From: Dehalococcoidia bacterium
GTDB lineage: Bacteria; Chloroflexota; Dehalococcoidia; DSTF01; JACRBR01
DNA: 64,000 nucleotides
Assembly: GCA_038227375.1 (NCBI GenBank)
Contig: JBBRPY010000001.1
Location: forward strand, 5,825-69,824
Direction: 5' to 3'
Shown: positions 59,158-64,000 of the stretch, one piece after another
How the letters are laid out: each line of letters starts with the position of its first letter
How positions within the stretch are numbered: the stretch's first letter is position 1
The notes under the pieces: model-generated
What the model was told of the DNA's origin: nothing
Seen by the model: only the letters and a program-made list of their open reading frames with translations
Databases searched by the model: none
Position numbers and translations under genes: made by a program

Positions 59158-59182
59158 GATGTTGGAGGTCGGAGGCGGCAGA
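59158..59182. promoter_or_regulatory. Heptamer triplet (GATGTTG GAGGTCG GAGGCGG; CAACATC-type on the coding strand) 60-85 nt upstream of tauE
   Basis: Read directly from the sequence. Third occurrence of the motif family. Confidence 0.3.
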
Positions 59183-59257
59183 AGGGTAAACGGGCGCACT
59201 ATCCTGATCGCCTGGCCCGGTGGAGCGTAGGCGCTCGCACTCGCGCGCGACTGAATC

Positions 59258-59869
59258 TTAGCGCAGCAGCGGTTGGTGCGTGATGATGCGGGTCATCGGG
59301 AAATCGACCAGCGTCTTCGTCTCGCGGCTGCAGGCAAAGTGGGGGTGACTGTCGGGCGAGCCGCCGAGGATGTGCAGCGAGACGCCCGTCTCCTCACCGG
59401 CTGCCCGCACCCGGTGGAAGCCCTCATGCGGCGGCCGCAGGTACGAGATCGTCCCGGCGGGCGAGCGAATCCTGTCGACCTGTTGCAGCTCGCAACCCTG
59501 GCCGGGGGCCACCGTCCCGGGCGCATCCGCGCGGACGTACTTCGTCTCTTCGTCGACCCCGGCGAGGATGCCGATGACGCCCCATGCGCCGTGATAGTGC
59601 ACGCCGCTGCTGGTGCCGGTCGGAAAGACGACCGAGATTACGAAGAATTCGCCCGCCGGGTCGCGATAGATCAGGTGGCCGCAAGCGCCGCCATCGCACG
59701 GCGTCCTGTACGCCTCGGGCAGCTGCTCGCCCGCATCCATCCAGCGCCGCAAATGATGCGCGATGCGATCGCAGCGCGCATCAGGGTCGGTGGCGTCTAG
59801 CACGACGCGCGTCACGTCGTCCACCAGCGATCGCATGTCGTAGGCGGGCCCGACCATCATCCGCTCCTC
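59258..59869 (-). CDS. Cupin-fold protein, cysteine-dioxygenase-like
   Basis: GVHYHGAWGVIGILAG-type cupin His motif. The start is placed at MMVGPAYD; the ORF-track N-extension is rejected. Confidence 0.4.
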   Translation of the reverse strand, partial: EERMMVGPAYDMRSLVDDVTRVVLDATDPDARCDRIAHHLRRWMDAGEQLPEAYRTPCDGGACGHLIYRDPAGEFFVISVVFPTGTSSGVHYHGAWGVIGILAGVDEETKYVRADAPGTVAPGQGCELQQVDRIRSPAGTISYLRPPHEGFHRVRAAGEETGVSLHILGGSPDSHPHFACSRETKTLVDFPMTRIITHQPLLR

Positions 59870-59874
59870 TGGCG

Positions 59875-60903
59875 CTACTTGTTGGCCCAGGCGATGCGGT
59901 CGTCGAGCCGCCGCCGCATGCTGTGCTCGACCGGCCGGAAGCCGCTGCTCTGCCAGAAGTTCGCGCCGGGAAGGTTCGCCGCCGCGAAGTGCAGCGCCAC
60001 GTGTTGGTATCCCTGCTCGCGCGCCCACTCGACGCCCTTCGCGAGCACCGCGCTGCCTACACCTCCGGCGCGGGCGTCCTGCGTGACGATGCCCTGAAAG
60101 AGATAGATCGTCCGCTCCGCCACGGTCAGCGGCGAAAGAAAGAACGGCTGCATAAAGGTGTTCATCGCCACCGGCTTGCCGCCCTCGTAGGCGACCCAAT
60201 GGGCGTTCGCCGCGGCGTCTGCAAGGAGATTGCGCTGAAAGTCGTGGCTGCTCGCGTCGGACTCGCGGATGAAGGGGTTGAAGATGGGAGAGCGCGCGTG
60301 ATGCAGCGTCAGCTCCTCGTTCAGAGCGAAGATGACCTCCGCATCCTCCGCGCTCGCCTGGTGCACCTCCACGGACGCCGCGCCGGCCCGATCGATCGGC
60401 CCGACGTCACGGATCGCGCACGTCAGCGTGCGGCCGAAGCCCAGCGATGCCCAGGCTTCTCGCGATGCGAGGTCCGCCGCCGGCAGGGCCACGGAGAAAT
60501 CGAAGAAGCCGAGCGAGACAAAGTGATCCGCCAGCTCAGCAAACAGCGCGCGATAGACGTCGTACTCCAGCCCGTCCTTCACCGCGTGCGCGGCGTACCC
60601 GGCCGTCGCGCCGCGAAGGGGAAAGAAGCTCGCGAGAAAATGCGTCTGCGCCGTCACCTGCGGCGTCATGATCGCGAAGCCCGCGACCTCGCCGCCGGCC
60701 TCAGCGACCATGCCCGCCCAGGCTGGCGCGTCGAAGGCGCGCTCGATCTCCGCCTGGCACGCGGCTGCATCCTCGTACGCCTCCGGTAGCAACGGCTCCT
60801 GCGCACGGTCGCGGCGGTGCCGTGCGGCGAGCAGGCCGGCCGCCTCGGGCAGGTGGCGGTTGCGGTCGAAGGGCACGAGCGTGATCTTCATGGCAGCGAT
60901 CAT
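59875..60903 (-). CDS. GNAT-family N-acetyltransferase with tandem GNAT-like halves
   Basis: About 340 aa with two acetyltransferase-fold segments. Starts at MIAAMKITLV. Confidence 0.4.
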   Translation of the reverse strand: MIAAMKITLVPFDRNRHLPEAAGLLAARHRRDRAQEPLLPEAYEDAAACQAEIERAFDAPAWAGMVAEAGGEVAGFAIMTPQVTAQTHFLASFFPLRGATAGYAAHAVKDGLEYDVYRALFAELADHFVSLGFFDFSVALPAADLASREAWASLGFGRTLTCAIRDVGPIDRAGAASVEVHQASAEDAEVIFALNEELTLHHARSPIFNPFIRESDASSHDFQRNLLADAAANAHWVAYEGGKPVAMNTFMQPFFLSPLTVAERTIYLFQGIVTQDARAGGVGSAVLAKGVEWAREQGYQHVALHFAAANLPGANFWQSSGFRPVEHSMRRRLDDRIAWANK

Positions 60904-60997
60904 AGCACCGCCACCGCGCTTGACACATGTCGCACTGCAACCGATTGTGTGATCGATGGCGGCGCCGGTACACGCGGCGCCGAACGCGAGGTACCAC

Positions 60998-62416
60998 ATG
61001 CACGACGAACTGGCCTTCATGCCCGCCACTGAGATGGCAGCCGCAATCCGGCGGAAGTCACTGTCGCCCGTGGAGGTCTGCGCCGCGCTGCTCGACCGCA
61101 TCGGCGCGCTGAACCCCACCCTGAACGCCTACTGCCTGGTAACGCCAGAGCTTGCGATGGTGGCGGCGAAAGGCGCCGAGGCCGCCGTCCTGCGCGGCGA
61201 CGAGCTGGGCCTTCTCCACGGCATCCCGGTTTCGGTCAAGGACCTCTTCGACGTGCGCGGCCTGCCGACGACGAAGGGCTCGCTCCTGCACAAGGACCAC
61301 ATCGCGTCCGGGTACGAGTTCGTCGTGAAGCGCATGCTCGACGCGGGCGCCGTGCATCTTGGCAAGACGAACACGCCGGAGTTTGGCTTCATTCCGATGA
61401 CCGAGAACCGCCTCTTCGGCGCCACACGGAATCCCTGGGATCCGGAGTGCACGCCGGGTGGATCGAGCGGAGGCGCTGCCTCGGCAGTGGGCGCGGGGCT
61501 CGGCCCGATCGCCCTCAGCAGCGACGGCGGCGGCTCGATCCGCATTCCGGCGTCGTTCTGCGGCGTCTTCGGCATCAAGCCAACGTATGGCCGCGTGGCA
61601 CGCAATCCCGGCGGCTGGTCGACGATGACCCATCGCGGTCCCACCACGCGCACCGTCTCCGATGCCGCGCTCGCGCTCGATGTGATGGTCGGGCACGAGC
61701 CGGACGATCCGTTCTCGGTCCCCGACTATCCGGGCTCGTTTCTGCGCGAGGTTGACCTGGGCATCGACGGACTGCGGGTCGCCTGGTCGGCCGATTTCGA
61801 CTACGCGCCCGTCGATCCTGAGGTCCGTGCCGCTTGCGAACTGGCAGCGAGGAGCTTCGCCGATCTGGGCTGTACGGTCGAGGAGGCGTCACCGGGCTTC
61901 GCGAATCCGTCGGCAGATCTCACCTTCTTCACTATCGCGGCGGCCAGCGACGCCGCGTGGCTGGGCGAGCTGAGCGGGGCGGAACTCGCGCTGCTCGACG
62001 ATCCCGCGCATGTGTTCCTTGAGTTTGGCCGGCGCACGTCGGGCGTCGACCTGGTGAAGGCAGAAGGCCGGCGCATGGCGCTTTGGCAGTCGATGCGGGA
62101 GTTCCATCACACGTACGACCTGCTGCTGACGCCCGTCACCTCCGTGGCGGCGTTCCCGATCGGACAGGCGCCGGCGCAGGTCGACGGGACGGATCTGCCG
62201 CCGTTCGGGTGGATGCCGTTCACGCAGCCCTTCAACCTCACCGGGCAGCCAGCCGCGTCGGTGCCCTGCGGCTTCGATGGGCGCGGCATGCCGATCGGCC
62301 TGCAGATCGTGGGCCGTGCGTACGAGGATGCGCTCGTGCTGCGGGCCGCGCGGGCGTTCGAGCAGGCGCATCCGTGGCAGCAACACGTGCCGCGGGGCAT
62401 CGCCGCGCTCGCGTAA
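60998..62416 (+). CDS. Amidase-signature family amidase (paralog of 53444..54844)
   Basis: GGSSGGAASAVGAG signature and conserved K/S/S. Starts at MHDELAFM. Confidence 0.85.
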   Translation: MHDELAFMPATEMAAAIRRKSLSPVEVCAALLDRIGALNPTLNAYCLVTPELAMVAAKGAEAAVLRGDELGLLHGIPVSVKDLFDVRGLPTTKGSLLHKDHIASGYEFVVKRMLDAGAVHLGKTNTPEFGFIPMTENRLFGATRNPWDPECTPGGSSGGAASAVGAGLGPIALSSDGGGSIRIPASFCGVFGIKPTYGRVARNPGGWSTMTHRGPTTRTVSDAALALDVMVGHEPDDPFSVPDYPGSFLREVDLGIDGLRVAWSADFDYAPVDPEVRAACELAARSFADLGCTVEEASPGFANPSADLTFFTIAAASDAAWLGELSGAELALLDDPAHVFLEFGRRTSGVDLVKAEGRRMALWQSMREFHHTYDLLLTPVTSVAAFPIGQAPAQVDGTDLPPFGWMPFTQPFNLTGQPAASVPCGFDGRGMPIGLQIVGRAYEDALVLRAARAFEQAHPWQQHVPRGIAALA

Positions 62417-62430
62417 GTGCGCACGGGCGC

Positions 62431-63495
62431 TCAGTCCGGGCGGCCTACCCGCCGCCAGGCGTCCAGCTTCTGCCGCGCGGCGCCGGACGCGATCGCATCG
62501 TGTGCACAGGCGAGAGCCGACGCGAGGTCGGGCGCCCGCCCGGCGAGCTTGATGCGCAACGCCGCATTGACCACAACGAGATCCACCTGCGCCGCCGTCG
62601 CGCTCCCGTCCAATACAGACAGCGTCATTCGCGCCGACCGCTCGGCGTCTCCGGGCGCGAGGTCATCTTCGCTCGCCGGCTCGAGTCCGAGCGCAGACGG
62701 ATCGAGCCGCCATTCGGTCTGCACGCCGTCCTCGTCGATCTCGACGACGCGCGCGCCGCGAGACGTCGTCACATCTTCGTGCCCTTCGATGCCCTGCACC
62801 ACCATCGTGCGCTGAAAGCCGAGCTGGCTGAGCGCTGGCGCCAGGTGATTCAGATACGGCATGTGGGCGACGCCGATCAGGTGATACGGCGCCGATCCGG
62901 GGCTATAGATCTTCTCCACCATGTGCAACGGGCTCCTCAGCCCCAGCTCGGCACGAAGCGGCATCAGCGCAGCGAACGCCGGCGCAAGCCGCGCCTGCCG
63001 GATGTAGCCCAGACCGCACGAGGCGATCCCCTGCGAAACCACGTCTGGCGAAGCATTCGTTTCGACGCCGAGCGCCTCGATCACGCTTCCGACAGGAAGT
63101 CCTGCCTTCGGACCCATGCCGGGCTCGCCGTGCATTAGCACCGGCACGCCGGCAGCGGCAGCGACGACGCTTGCGGCCGGACTGATCACGATGTGTTTCG
63201 CGCGCCCATCGTACGGACTGCCGATGTCGAGCATGCCCTCGACCGCCGGCGCGAAGGGGAACATCCTGGACCGCGCGGCGTCGACGTACCCGGCCAGCTC
63301 CTCGGGCGCCTCGCTGCGATAGCGCTGCAGTAGCAACAGCCCCCCTGCCTGCGCCGGCGTTGCGACGCCATCCATGATCGCTTCGAGCGCGAAGCGGGCC
63401 TCTTCCCGCGTCAGGTAGCGTCCGTTCGTCGGCCCCTGACCGACGGCCGCGACGAGCGCTCGTATGCCGTGCTCTGAGCTTGTGGTGGTCGCCAT
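62431..63495 (-). CDS. Glycosyltransferase family 3 protein (anthranilate phosphoribosyltransferase-like, TrpD2-type)
   Basis: TrpD-like fold (helical N-terminus, GVPVLMHGE), but the canonical GTGGD motif is replaced by [10 protein letters not shown]. Confidence 0.5.
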   Translation of the reverse strand: MATTTSSEHGIRALVAAVGQGPTNGRYLTREEARFALEAIMDGVATPAQAGGLLLLQRYRSEAPEELAGYVDAARSRMFPFAPAVEGMLDIGSPYDGRAKHIVISPAASVVAAAAGVPVLMHGEPGMGPKAGLPVGSVIEALGVETNASPDVVSQGIASCGLGYIRQARLAPAFAALMPLRAELGLRSPLHMVEKIYSPGSAPYHLIGVAHMPYLNHLAPALSQLGFQRTMVVQGIEGHEDVTTSRGARVVEIDEDGVQTEWRLDPSALGLEPASEDDLAPGDAERSARMTLSVLDGSATAAQVDLVVVNAALRIKLAGRAPDLASALACAHDAIASGAARQKLDAWRRVGRPD

Positions 63496-63635
63496 GGGGG
63501 AAGTGTAACGACGGCTGCGAGCTCGGCGGCAAACGCGGGCGAAGCTTCGCCCAGATTCGATCATCATCGCCCGGTCGCAACTACAGAACGGAGACCGTGT
63601 TCCGCGTAGACGATCCCTTTGCTACGATCCCGGCG

Positions 63636-64000
<365 letters not shown>

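Overview
High-GC (~68%) bacterial chromosomal segment. Gene content (rny-ymdB pair, sufR-regulated suf operon, tandem family-III CoA-transferases) loosely suggests a Chloroflexota/Actinobacteria-like lineage; this is inference only. The window divides into two parts. (1) About 1.3-14.5 kb is an accessory, mobile-element region. It carries a Type III restriction-modification locus in the unusual order res -> ORF6N -> mod, and the Mod has a ~450-aa C-terminal extension of unknown function. It also carries a tyrosine integrase, two translationally coupled hypothetical genes of no recognisable family (the best candidate for a novel cargo or defence module), a small RHH gene and a large serine recombinase. 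The recombinase ORF runs straight into a tRNA-Pro(GGG) gene. Next to the tRNA is a ~1.27-kb mini-element carrying an APH-family phosphotransferase, flanked by a perfect 40-bp direct repeat of the tRNA 5' half plus 11-bp tandem repeats. The left edge of the region is marked by an N-terminally truncated TlpA-like redoxin gene. (2) About 14.6-64 kb is core housekeeping. It includes recA-recX; rny-ymdB-PHP phosphoesterase; a long suf operon (sufR-sufC-sufB-[two small unknown ORFs]-sufD-Rieske-ArsM-like methyltransferase-sufS-sufU-sufT); rplY; yceD-rpmF-fabD-fabG-nusB-acpP; rpe; argH; an array of four tandem GNAT paralogs; two adjacent CaiB/BaiF CoA-transferases; htpX; a NYN-domain protein; a sirtuin; two amidases; pfkA; and a partial pccB-like carboxyltransferase at the right edge. 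Two unannotated repeat families recur in intergenic DNA. One is a roughly 65-110 bp REP/MITE-like element with core CACCCTCTCCACGGCGAGTCTKCGACC, in at least 5 copies. The other is a triplet of CAACATC-like heptamers 45-85 nt upstream of three unrelated start codons. No CRISPR array and no rRNA were seen. Coordinates were counted by hand, and at least one spot showed a 1-nt discrepancy with the ORF track, so treat them as +/-1-3 nt.
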